From Octopus sinensis (Eukaryota): a DNA stretch of 64,000 nt. Position 1 is the first letter of the stretch; every line of letters begins with the position of its first letter. Location: the NCBI RefSeq assembly GCF_006345805.1, contig NC_043000.1:99696001-99760000 (forward strand), written 5' to 3'. The notes beneath the pieces are model-generated. The model saw only the letters and a program-made list of their open reading frames with translations. It was not told where the DNA came from and did no database searches. Of the stretch, positions 25,397 through 37,070 are shown one piece after another. The position numbers and the translations under genes were made by a program.

Positions 25397-25555
25397 GTAT
25401 ATACACATGTATACATATATACATACATATATATATATATGTATATCTTTCTATCTGTCTGCCTATTTATGTGTATGTATGTATATATATGTATGTATAT
25501 CATTCTATTTGTCTGCCTATCTATCTATTTATGTATATGTGTATATATGTGTGAG

Positions 25556-25586
<31 letters not shown>

Positions 25587-26227
25587 CACACATGGTCTTA
25601 CATTTATGTGTGCATGTAATTTTATGCATTTGTTTATGTGGATATGCTTGTATCATATATGCAGATGAGTGAGTTGAAGGAGTGCCGGAGTACCCAGTCA
25701 GTCTATGAATTAACTGGACGTATTTTATTACCAAGGAGTACCGCCTGTGAAGTGTCTGTCTTCAAAACGCTTTTAACCCTATGAGCCAGTGAAGCCAGTG
25801 AAAGAGTGGGGTGTGGGTGCTTGACACAGTTCCGCAACCTGCAAGAAATAGTAGTAAAATCTACTACTAACCAACACTGCCGCCCTCAAAACAGAAAACG
25901 AACATACTAGGTAATGCTGAAATAATTCATTTTTAATGGTTGAACTCAAGTAGAAAAACTATAAATAATAAATAGCACGTAAATATTGGGTTAAAAAACT
26001 CTTTGGATAGAAAAATGCAAAAAACTGCCCACGTGACTCAAACCCACATCAGTAAACATGACAGCCTTTGAGGTCTTCTACCCAAAGGCTTTTATTTTAA
26101 CTCTATATTTACAAGCTATTATTTACAGCTTTTCTACTTGGAGTTCAACTGTTAAAAACAAATTATTTTGCATTCTCTTGAAGTTTCTACATTAATACAT
26201 ACTGTCATCACAGGATATATGTGTACA

Positions 26228-26293
<66 letters not shown>

Positions 26294-26319
26294 CATATTA
26301 TGCATGTATATTACTGGCA

Positions 26320-26742
26320 CGTGAAAAAACATTCGAGTGAGGTTGTTGCCAGTGCTGCTGGACTGGCTCCTGTGCAGGTGGCACGTAAAAACCACCATTT
26401 GAGCATGGCTGTTGCTAGTACTGCCTGACTGGTCCTCGTGCTGGTGGCACGTAAAAGCACTCACTACATTCTCAGAGTGGTTGGTGTTAGGAAGGGCATC
26501 CAGCTGTAAAAACTCTGCGAGATCAGATTGGAGCCTGGTGCAGCCATCTGGTTCGCCAGTCCTCAGTCAAATCATCCAACCCATGCCAACATGGAAAGTG
26601 GACGTTAAGCGATGATGATGTTGATGATGATGATGATGATTCGTAGACAACTGGAGCCTGGTGCAGCCCTCCAGCTTGACAACAATTGTCAAACTGTCCA
26701 ACCCATGCCAGCATGGAAAACAGACATTAAATGATGATGATT
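26320..26742 (+). mobile_element. Family E RTE-associated tail, with the last ~95 nt duplicated in tandem
   Basis: Repeated GGCACGTAAAA units, GGAAGGGCATCCAGCTGTA, (GAT)n at ~26610-26640; second GGAGCCTGGTGCAGCC...GATGATGAT at 26652-26742. Confidence 0.8.
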
Positions 26743-27033
26743 AATGTGCTAGCATGCATGTTACATTGCCAATGAGTTTAGGATTCTCCAATTGGCTCCA
26801 GCTTGACCTTTATGCTAAAACTGACCTGTTCCTGCTTCTCACACCTCCCCTACAATGTCATTCTAAAATATAGTCATGTCATCGAAATCTTGAAGCTGCA
26901 AGATAATGCATGATTAATAAGCATTACCCTTGTCCAAGTAATCTGAATGCAATCAGTACATCAGAAGTAGGCTGCTAGCTCATGCTGTTCTACATATTTC
27001 TCTTTGCCATGGTTTCCTTCCACTTGTATCACT

Positions 27034-27432
27034 TGGTGCGATGTACATGAGGAATGTGACACCAGTGCAAAATCACCTTCCTCCAACAAGTCATCCTAAC
27101 GAGACGTCTGCGTTGGCTGGGTCGTGCCCTCCGTCGTCAACCAGGAGAATTCATCTACGAAGCAATTGCCCCAGCTCCCCTTCAGGGTTGGTGAAAGCAA
27201 TGTGGTGGACAATGAAAAACCTGGCTGATGACGGTCAAGGCTGATCTGGAACCCAACCTAGGCCCCCATATCTACAGCGTTCGCCACTGGAATAGAGAGT
27301 GGATGGAGATCACACGGTCGTTAGCCTCAAATCGCCAGGCCTGATCGGCGTTTGTAAGAGATGCAGCATTGGGGATGAATGAAGCCAGCTCAACCCACCC
27401 TGGGTAAATGCTGTCTCAAGCCAAGAAGAAAG
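27034..27432 (+). mobile_element. 5'-truncated RTE LINE 3' end with TSD, same family as 18769-19132
   Basis: Colinear, high identity to 18769-19132; 12-bp TSD ACTTGTATCACT at 27022-27033 and 27433-27444. Confidence 0.85.
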
Positions 27433-28259
27433 ACTTGTATCACTAGGTATTTCTTCATTCAGCTGTCCTCTACATTCATCACATCTGTATTAACTCAGTT
27501 TCCTCGTTTGCGCTCTAGATCTGATTTTTTTTGATCAGCGGCACAGGCAGCATTAATGAGAATATTAATACTTTTATCTCTCGATATTAATACTACCCTT
27601 CTCCATACCTCTCAGTATTATACTTTTCTATACTATTAATACTACTTTTGTTGCTAATATATATTTTTTAACAAGCTCACTGGCTAATTGCAACACCAGC
27701 ACCTGTTCTGGCACTGTTATTTTATATATCACTGGCAGGGAAATGAATTGCTGCTACCCCTAGCAGTTGAGTGGCCATCATTGACAAGACCAAGGAAGGC
27801 CAGAATCATGTGGTCTAGAGGTGGTGGGGATTTATCTCCTTGCTAGTGTTATAAACAACAGTGCATTTTGCACCAAAAACCAATTATGAGAGTTTTCTCA
27901 TGGTAACTACTGCTGCATAGTTTGTTTTAACAGAACATCTGCATTTAAGTGGGGATAAATATCATTTTATCCTTTTTGTATCTAGTTTTTCTCTTAGTTT
28001 GTTTTGTTGCTATTATGTAAAAGTGTTGTAAGTAAAAAAAAATGACTTTTTCAGAAAACGAAAATATAGTTTCACCATTCCATAGCGAAACCATTGTACT
28101 AGACTTTGACAATTTTTAATATCTTAGCATCTGAAGCAGCTGGACATATGATAGTTTGACCAAAAGAACTGGCTATTGCAAGCAGAAATAAATATTGAAA
28201 AAAAGCATATTTGGTCAAATTTGGAAATACGACAGTTTAACATAATAGCAATGATTTGT

Positions 28260-28455
28260 TCTTCATCACCTACGCACACTAAGATTACACATCCAGCATA
28301 GTATGTTCACCTTTGTTCCTTTCCAGTTTTCACAAACTTTCAACATAGCAATTCGTAGACAAATGTTGCATAATGTATTTTTCACTTGAAGAAAGAATCT
28401 ATTTGTTACCAGTTGAGGCAACAACTCCCTAAACTTTCTCATAGCAGCTACCACT
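28260..28455 (-). pseudogene. Old RTE RT C-terminal fragment
   Basis: ORF RKFRELLPQLVTNRFFLQVK...LRIAML...ENW...ILCWMCNLSV parallels the KFREL...MCNVSV segment of the 30690-32110 RTE. Confidence 0.65.
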
Positions 28456-28971
28456 ACTATTAATTAGCTTGGCCTTATTTTAACCCCTCCCCTCACCCTC
28501 CAACTCACCTCTTCCTCTACTCTCTGCACCCACCATTACTAACCTCCTCTCTTTCTCTACCGTGAATATCCTCTTGCTCTTCCTTTATATCTCTAACCCC
28601 GTCCATATGCCACATTCATCCTCCCTCTGCCTTTTACTCCTTTCTTTTATCCCCTTCGACCTTTAATCTCATGCAGTACTGTGAACTGCTATTACCAATT
28701 CTTTCTCCTGATGAAGAAAGCTAATCTTATGGTAATATCTTTATAAGACCATCTACTGGTTGCATGTCCGTTATTTTTGAACATTTGAACTGCTAATTAT
28801 GAACATCATCATTATTACATAATTCTGAGATACCAGAAACAGCTGCCGAGTTAAAAACTATGTATTCTCTCTTTAGTATTCTGTAATTTTTATGTTTTAG
28901 GTAAAATTTTTGTCTTTATATTTGCATATATATATATACATGTATACATGTGTGTGTGTATATATGTATGT

Positions 28972-29014
<43 letters not shown>

Positions 29015-29169
29015 TATGTATATATATATATATGCATACATATACATATATATGTATACATATATATTTATACATATATACATACATATATAGAGATACA
29101 CATACATATATATATTTATACATATATACATACATATGTATAGACACACACATATATATGTTTGTGGGT

Positions 29170-29530
29170 GTGTGGAAGTGCAATGGCCCAGTGGTTAGGG
29201 AGGTGCAATGGCCCAGCAGACTCGCGGGCATAGGATTGAAGTTTCTATTCCCAGATTGGGCGTTGTGAGAGTTTACTGTGTGAAAACACTCAGGTTCCGG
29301 CAGGGGTGGTGGCAAACCCTGCTATAGTCTTTTGCCACAACTTTCACTCTTTCTTCCAGTTTCTGTTGTACTTGTATTTCAAAGGGCATGCTAAATCTCC
29401 CTGAGAACTATGTTAAGGGCACATGTGTCTGTGAAGTACTCAGCTACTTGAATGTTAATTTCATGTGCAGGCTGTTTCGTTGATTGGATCAAATGGAACC
29501 CTCATCGCTGTAAACGACGGAGTGCCAGTG
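29170..29530 (+). mobile_element. SINE family D variant
   Basis: GGAAGTGCAATGGCCCAGTGGTTAGG head (locally duplicated); 3' part matches 41590-41830. Confidence 0.75.
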
Positions 29531-29599
29531 TAATATATGTAAACATACATGTATACATATATGTATATATATATATATCTACTACATATTAGGAAATTT

Positions 29600-29720
29600 T
29601 GCCTGTGGGTGTGTTAGCTAACTCATCCTATATCATTTTATCGATTTTGATGAAACTTGACACATGAGTAGAACTTATGTCTGGAAACCTCAGATTGTTG
29701 AAAAAAAATCGATAATAGGG
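29600..29720. mobile_element. Helentron-associated (HINE-like) fragment
   Basis: ATCGATTTTGATGAAACTTGACACA resembles the reverse complement of TGTGTCTCAAGTTTCATCAGAATCGG in 59249-59627. Confidence 0.4.
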
Positions 29721-29983
29721 CCCCTGGAAGGGATCCTTATATATATCTAATATATTTTCTTTTAAAAATCAAAGGAAATAACCCATTCATTTTCCTAAAT
29801 TATTTGGTATAAATCAAATTTAGTATGCTTATTTCTTAGTATTTGAACTGTTATAGTTGTTTTCGCAGTTTATCCAGTACAACTCTTAAACAAGTAAATA
29901 GTATTTTCCTAATCAATAGATCTACTTATTTCAGTTAGTGATTTTTTTACGAATATACCAACCCTAGCGGTCCTTAGGTAATA

Positions 29984-30345
29984 TTCTCTGGGAATGTACA
30001 AAAGCACTTTTCAGAGTTATTTACTTTGAATTGTTATTATCTCATATCTGATTAGCCTGTTATTGCATAACATACTTCACAATTTTAGTGTACATACCTT
30101 ATTAGCATTTCCTCCTAAGTTCTATATACTCTAGGAATGCATTAAAGCCTTTTTCAGGGCTACTTTATTTGAATTCTTACTACAGGGTATCTAATTTCAT
30201 GTTATTACATAAATGACTTCACAATTTAGGTATTCATAACTTATTGGAAATGCATAAAAACAAGATCCTGTATAAGACAGATCGGTATTCTCTGTAAATG
30301 CACAAAAACCATTTTAAGGGCTACATACTTTGTTTTTATTGGATT
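29984..30345. repeat. Degenerate tandem repeat, ~2.3 units of ~143-160 bp
   Basis: Units start near 29984, 30127 and 30287; shared CTCT-GGAATG, TTTTCAG-G, TTTGAATT, TGTTATT-CATAA, ACTTCACAATTT. Confidence 0.6.
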
Positions 30346-30452
30346 AGCGAAACAATTATGAGAACGGAACCAAGGGATAAGCCCTGCTTTCCCAGGAATT
30401 ACCGGGTACATCAGCTAGTGCATACACATATATATATGTATACATATGTATG

Positions 30453-30507
<55 letters not shown>

Positions 30508-30689
30508 ACATATATATACATATGTATAAGTATACACATATATGTGTGTGTATATATATATAGGGTATGAGAGGTATTGGTGTCAAGAAGACCCAAAGGT
30601 GTCAGGTAATGCTGAGTAAGTTCTATGGACAGACTATAGTTAAGCTCCAGGTTCAATAATGATACCAATGAGGAGAGTTTAGTGTCCAA

Positions 30690-32110
30690 TGAAAGAAAGG
30701 TATGCATAGGTGGGCTCACTTAGCTTGCCGGGTCTTCTCAAGCACAGCATATTTCCAAAGGTCCCAATCACTATTAATTACCTCGGTGAGGCCCAGTGTT
30801 CGAAGGTCATGCTTCACCACCTCATCCCAGGTCTTCCTGGGTCTACCTCTTCCACAGGTTCCCTCAACTGCTAGGGTGTGGCACTTTTTCACCCAGTTAT
30901 CCACATCCATTCTTGCCACATGGCCATACCAACACAGTCATTTCTCTTGCACACCACATCTGATGCTTCTTAGGTTCAACTTTACTCTCAAGGTACTAAC
31001 ACTCTGTTGAGTATGCACACTGACATTACACATCCTTCGGAGCATACTGGCTTCAGTCCTTGTGAGCTTACGCATGTCCTCAGCAGTCACGGCCCACGTT
31101 TCACTAGCATGTAGCATGGCTGTTTGTACACATGCCTTTTACTCTGAGCGAGAGGCCTTTTGTCACCAGCAGGGGTTAGAGCTCTCTGAACTTTGCCCAG
31201 GCTATTCTTATTCTAGCAGTTACACTTTCAGCACACCCACCCCTGCTACTGACTTGGTCACCTAGATAACGGAAGCTATCAACTACTTCTAGTTTTTCTC
31301 CCTGGAATGTGGATGAAGTTGTTCTCTGCACATTTTCAGTGTTTATTGCTCCTGAGCATCTGCCACATACAAAAACTATCTTCCTATTTAGCCTTCCTTT
31401 GATATTGCTGCACCTTTTATGTGTCCATAGCTTACACTGGGTACATCTTATAGTTTTTACCTATGCCTTTTCTACAGATCGAGCTGAAGGGATTTATGGT
31501 TTGCCTGCCTTCCTACTTATTAGGACTTTGTTTGGTTTTAACTACGTTGACTCTAAGGCCCTTCGATTCTAATCCTTGTTTCCACACTTAAAACTTCTCC
31601 TCTAGTTCTGATAGTGACTCAGCAATTAGAGCAAGGTCATCAGCATAGAGGAGCTCCCAGGTACATCCTGTCTTGAATTCCTCCGTTATTGCGTGGAGGA
31701 CTATGATAAATAGGAGGGGGCTGATGACTGATCCTTGATGGACCCCTACCTCTACCTGGAATTCTTCACTGTACTTGTTGCCAACCCTCACCTTACTGAC
31801 AACGTCCCTGTACATGGGTTGCACAGCTCTCACTAACCATTCATCTATCCCTAGTTTCCTCATTGACCACCAGATACGGGATCGGGGGACCCTGTTAAAG
31901 GCTTTATCGATGTCAACGAAAGTCAGGTACAGAGGTTTATCTTTGGCTATGTATTTCTCCTGAAGCTTTCTTACTAGAAATATAGCATCAGTGGTGCTTT
32001 TCTCTGGCATGAACCCAAACTGCATCTCATCTAAACTAACTCTCTCCCTAATTAGTTGGGCTATATCCCTCTCTGTGACCTTCATTATCCGATCCAACAG
32101 CTTGATACAA
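30690..32110 (-). mobile_element. RTE-clade LINE, 5'-truncated, decayed RT ORF2
   Basis: ORF 31588-32097 has QFGFMP...DAIF, FVDIDKAFNRVP, GVHQGSVISPLLF and LYADDL; continues with stops and frameshifts through YLG, KFREL and GRGRPRKTW to the stop at ~30716. Confidence 0.95.
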
Positions 32111-32474
32111 TTATTTAATCCTTTAGCATTTTAGCAGACCATATCAGGCTCAAAGTTTCTATCTGTTTTGTATTCAAACTGGTCAGATCCAGCCTTTCAC
32201 TCCTACCCCACAATATCTGTCACATCATCAAAATCTTGAAGCTACAAGATGATGCATATTAACTGAAAACAATGTGAATAAATAAGCATTGCATTTGATA
32301 GAGGAATCTGAATGTTAAATGGTTAATGTATTCTTAATTTTTTTGTTCAAGCTACAGGATATTGATTGGAGGAAATTTGGTTATTACTTCTACAGGCTGA
32401 GCAACCACATAGAAACTTCTTCATTGGCTGATGACATGGTTGGTTATCTTTCAGTCAACCTCGATCATACAGAC

Positions 32475-32733
32475 CAGTGGTTCTCAACTGGGGGTCCACA
32501 CAAGCAAAATAGTATATCAGGGACCCACAGGGTTCATGACAAAATTCTGCCTTAAGAAATTGCTAGATTTGTTTCTTGAATGTTTTATATAGCTCGACCT
32601 ATACAAGTGAATGTGCAACAAAGAAATTGGGAATTTTGAAAGAAATATCTATATCGAATGACTATGAGGGAGTACCAGAATAAAATAGTAATCAAAAGGA
32701 TCCATAAGTAATAAAAATGGTTGCGAACCCCTA
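32475..32733. mobile_element. hAT (Charlie-like) MITE
   Basis: TIRs CAGTGGTTCTCAAC and GTTGCGAACCCCTA; 8-bp TSD ATACAGAC (32467-32474) / ATATAGAC (32734-32741). Confidence 0.8.
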
Positions 32734-32948
32734 ATATAGACCTGTCATCAGAGGCACTCCAGCTGTGATTATACTGTCTATTTGTCAGATGTGTTTCAAG
32801 ACTAATTGCATAATCCACTGTGGCTTTCTGTACTTTTATGATGGTATGCATGATTTAAGCGAGGTTTGGCTGCTATTTCTTTGAGCTGCCCTAGTGACCA
32901 CATCAAGGTTTCAACATTAATTGACATAAATGAGACATCATCAATGCC

Positions 32949-32982
<34 letters not shown>

Positions 32983-33609
32983 TTACCATCATCATTGTCA
33001 TCACCACCATCATGCCACCACCACTACCACCATCATGCCACCACCGCTACCACCATCATCAGCTATCAGCTCCTCTTAGTAAGTTGAGCACCTGTGACTA
33101 TTCTAATATTATCCATAGTTAGCTATGGTTGTGCAGATGATGTTCCAATCCTTTCCATGTTGGCTGGTAGACCATTGCAGGATTTGAACTCAGAATAAAT
33201 AGAGTCAGAATGTACATTGTAAAGCATCCCATCCCATGCAGTTAGTCCATCCCCTACACCTGTATTTCATTTATAAACCTTTGAAGGGACTTAGCCTAGT
33301 TGTTAGAGTGTTGCACCAATGATAGCCAGATCATGGGTTCAATTCTTGGACTGGGCAGTGTGTTGTGTTCTTCATTTCATGTTGCTCTAGAGCACTATGG
33401 GGACTGACATGCGAAAGAACAGACCCAACATTTCTTCTGCATGTTGCAAAAGTAACTAAAAGAAGTTGAGGTAGGACTTGCACTCTGGCCTTGTAAAACC
33501 CTAACCAGCAACAACTATCCAAGAAGACCCATGGGTTGGAGGGTTCTTACCTGAGTGGTGCAAAGGCATCATCTGCCAGGAATAGTTGAGAATCCTTCCT
33601 TTTCTTTCT

Positions 33610-33845
33610 CGAGTCATACCAGCTCATAAGGGCTGGTTTCCCAGTTTACATGGTCAATCTATTCCCTACCTGGATGGGATGCCAGTCCATCACAAGATTA
33701 CTCATTTTTGCCAGTTGAGTGAAATGGAGCAGCGTGAAAATAAAGTGTCTTGCACAAGGACACAATAAATTGCCTGGTCCAGGAATCAAAACCACAATCT
33801 TACAATCATGAGTCCAACACCCTAACCACTTAGCCATGTGCCTCC
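33610..33845 (-). mobile_element. SINE, family C-type head
   Basis: Reverse complement of TGGCTAAGTGGTTAGGGTGTTGG...GGTTTTGATTCCTGGACC...TGTCCTTGTGCAAGACACTTTATTTTCACG. Confidence 0.7.
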
Positions 33846-33925
33846 ACCAGTATTTAAGAATCACCATCAAGTGATGGATGTAGTGACACGCTGTTACAAC
33901 AACAGTGAGATTTGAGTTCAAAATG

Positions 33926-34243
33926 TAAGGGTAAAGGGGTAAAGACCCCCTTCGGTCATGAGTGACCATGGGATTGCACCTAGAAAGTTACCCTCCTAGA
34001 CACAAGTCCGGGCAAGGTTGTTTATAGAAGACCAGCAGTCGCCCATGCATACCAGTCTCCCCTCTCCACGCCACCAGTGTTATCCAAGGGAAAGACAAAG
34101 GTCGATACAGCTTGGCACCAATGACATCGCAACTCATTTCTACAGCTGAGTGAACTGGAGCAACGTGAAATAAAGTGCCTTGCTCAAGAACACAACACGC
34201 AGCCCGGTCCGGGATTCGAGCTCACAACCTCACGATCGTAAGC
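33926..34243 (-). mobile_element. SINE family C, well preserved
   Basis: B box GAGCTCGAATCCCGG in reverse complement; body matches 6244-6820; TTTACC-repeat tail. Confidence 0.85.
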
Positions 34244-34446
34244 GGTACAGTCTGGCCCATTAATGCTTCTGTCACTGTAACGAGTGATATCTTCTTTCTA
34301 TTTCGGAATCTTATGGATCCTTAAAACTAATGTTTACCTTCAGCATTTATGTTGTGTTTGTAATTGTGTATAGGTATGTGTGTGCATGAATGCACATATA
34401 TATATGTATGTATATCAATCTATCTATCTATCTATATATCTATATA

Positions 34447-34728
34447 TAAAATAAAATACAAATTGGGACAAGAACGCAAAACATGTAGATAGACGATACA
34501 AAAAAGACACGGACGGGTCATTCAAAGCCTTTTATCTTCAGTCAAGAACCGGATCATCCTCACAATTTCGGCTGATTAATCTATCCGGTTCTTGACTGAA
34601 GATAAAAGGCTTCGAATGACCCGGCCATGTTTTTTTTGTATCGTCTATCTGGATGTTTTGTTGTCCCCTTTTGTATCACCTAGTTGTCCGGATGTTTTGC
34701 ATTCTTGTCTCATTTTGTATTTTATTTT
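34447..34728. mobile_element. Palindromic element, possibly Penelope pseudo-LTR-derived
   Basis: Inner IR 34487-34554 / 34583-34650 and outer IR 34447-34483 / 34692-34728; contains GACTGAAGA...CGAA on both arms and CAGCCGAAA in the spacer (minus strand). Confidence 0.7.
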
Positions 34729-34856
34729 ATATATATAGCGACGTACGTACACTTTGTTCTCATGTGTGTGTGTGTGTGTGTAAGAGGAAGACAGAAAAAA
34801 ACATTGTAACATCATCTGCAGGATTTGAAAGTTGTAACTGCTGTAAACCTTTAAGC

Positions 34857-34912
<56 letters not shown>

Positions 34913-36010
34913 CACACACACACACACACATACATTCATAAGCACACACACATATACACTACTTATACAGGCATGCATATGACAATATGAGACAAATGCA
35001 TAGCTTTTTCATGTGTTCATATATATTTGTGTATGTATGTATGTGTGTCCATATTGATATATATTTATATGAGTAGTTATTTTTCTGCTGTTGTTTTGAT
35101 TGTATCACATCCGTATTTGTGCATGCCCGCACGCATGCATACACTCGCACATACACACACACAATAGATATTATACAGGTGAATATTAGAATCAGTAGAA
35201 CATCAAGTGACATACCTTATGCCTTTTCGCTGAAGTCATTCTGTGTCTTGACTTAAATCCTATTGAGGTCTAATTTCCTTTCCATTCCTCTGACGATGTA
35301 AAAATAGCTATTAATTGATACAGTAGTTCTAGGAATTGACCACATCAACTCCCTGTATTTAAAGTCAGTGCCCCAGCATTATCGCAGTCCACTAACTTAA
35401 ACCAAGAGAATCTATACATAATCACATTGTGTGTGTATATGCATGCATATTGCCTGAGCAGGTCTATAATCATTCACATTCCATCTAGAAACATTCCATC
35501 TTTCTAGAAGCATCTGTGTTTACCATTGCGTAATATGTCCTTCTAATTTTTGAAGAGTTGTTTAAGGGTTTTCGACCAATTTGTGCTAGAACATCGAGGC
35601 TTCCTTATATCTATACATATGCATGCATGTATGTATATACATTCATAAACATATATTCATATGTGTATATATAGGCATGTCGATCTGTATTTGCATATAT
35701 ATATATATGTTTGGGTTTGAGCATTTTTGTGTGTATGTGTATACACACACGCATATTCATACACCTCTGCTGATACAAAGGTACTTCGATGATGTACTTC
35801 TGCAAACTGCTAGAAAGAGCAGTCAGATCTTCTTCATAATATCCCACAAACACTCTTGTATATATATATATTTATATATATATATATATATACATGCACA
35901 AACTTATACACGCACAACCGCTCTGCTCTGCATTTCTACACATATGTATATAGATTTTAAACTTTTTGAACAGTTGACTAATTTCAATCACATGATGTCT
36001 TTAAAAGTAT

Positions 36011-36072
36011 CCTTAAATCCTTAAAAATGTTTTAGCCCGAAGGCCGCGGCTATGCTGGGGCACCACTGCTGA
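36011..36072 (-). mobile_element. Short retroposon 3' tail with a TTAAGGAT repeat end
   Basis: Two mismatches over 62 bp against the 41643-41722 insert and its junction. Confidence 0.75.
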
Positions 36073-36116
36073 GCACATAATCCTGTTAACTCGCGTTATA
36101 TATACACATATACGTG

Positions 36117-36128
36117 TGCGCATGCGCA
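36117..36128. promoter_or_regulatory. Perfect NRF1/EWG consensus TGCGCATGCGCA
   Basis: Exact palindromic consensus, but in a TG/CA-rich context where it can arise by chance. Confidence 0.25.
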
Positions 36129-36418
36129 GCTATAAGTGCAGTTGCGTATAGTGTGTCTATAAATGCTCGCATATGTGTGTGTGTATGTATGTTTATGTTA
36201 TATGTGTATTTGTGTGTACATGTGTTGATGATTTGATATGTGAACAGAAAAAGAGTACTCGACATATGAAGTAAACCTTATCGAGACATTCAAAGCGGAT
36301 GGTTCATTGTGTTGCTCCTCGGAGTTTCATGTTATGTGTGATCCGTCAGGTGGCAAAAAACTGGAATTACACAAACACACAGAAGGGTACTAAATATACA
36401 TGTGTGTGTGTGTGAGTG

Positions 36419-36451
<33 letters not shown>

Positions 36452-36734
36452 ACACATATACAAAACAAAGAAATAGAAAATGAGCGAAATGTGAGGCGGA
36501 AAGATAGAAAAAGTGACTAACTTATATAATCTCAGATATTTTACTCCAAATGATCAGCTGTCTATCTCTTAGTGATCCTCATTATTGATTAGCAGAAAAG
36601 AGGAGTGGGACACCAACTTTGTTATAGCCACACCCATGGGAGGAGTTAACAAAATGTGACCAGCCAATGAAACACTCGTTCTTGAAATTTTCAGAGTTGC
36701 TTATTTGCTGATTCTTACAGCAGTAAACGCTTAC

Positions 36735-37070
36735 CATTCCACAATATGGTACCTATTTGCAACTCGGTGCTTTACGGGTCCTTGAGGGTTAAGTATCTCG
36801 GGTCAAAGAAACTGCTGAAAAATACTTGTCGACTCGGCCATCAGGAGTACTTGCGTATATGATGACATTGACAGTGACTCTGATGATTATGACAGTGGTC
36901 AGGACCGTCGCGCTGATTTTGACGATGCAAAGCGCAGTTGTTTGATTGACAGAACTACCTACTTAGTGAATTGTAGAGAATTTGTCCGAGTTTTCCATGG
37001 ATACATGTACCTTTGATGTAGTCAACAGACCAGACAGGAATCTGCATCACATACTGTGTGACGAGACTAT
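36735..37070 (-). other. Candidate first exon ending in ATG|GTAAGC
   Basis: Unique, CpG-richer sequence; GGAATG|GTAAGC with an in-frame TAG six codons upstream. Confidence 0.35.

Noticed and set aside
28690-28850. CCTGATGAAG (~28708) and CTGAGATACCAGAAACAGCTG (~28827) as hammerhead remnants
   Set aside because: The cores are incomplete and stems I/II cannot be formed; it may be a decayed Penelope end but is not supportable.
35765-35809. Possible 45-nt minus-strand second exon
   Set aside because: The GTGTAT donor is weak, the branch point is too close and the peptide has no recognisable homology; mentioned only as a test.
36815-37015. Plus-strand acidic frame YDDIDSDSDDYDSGQDRRADFDD and a GGGTTAA piggyBac-like end at ~36786
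   Set aside because: There is no upstream ATG or strong acceptor for the frame and no partner TIR was found; kept only as context for the island.
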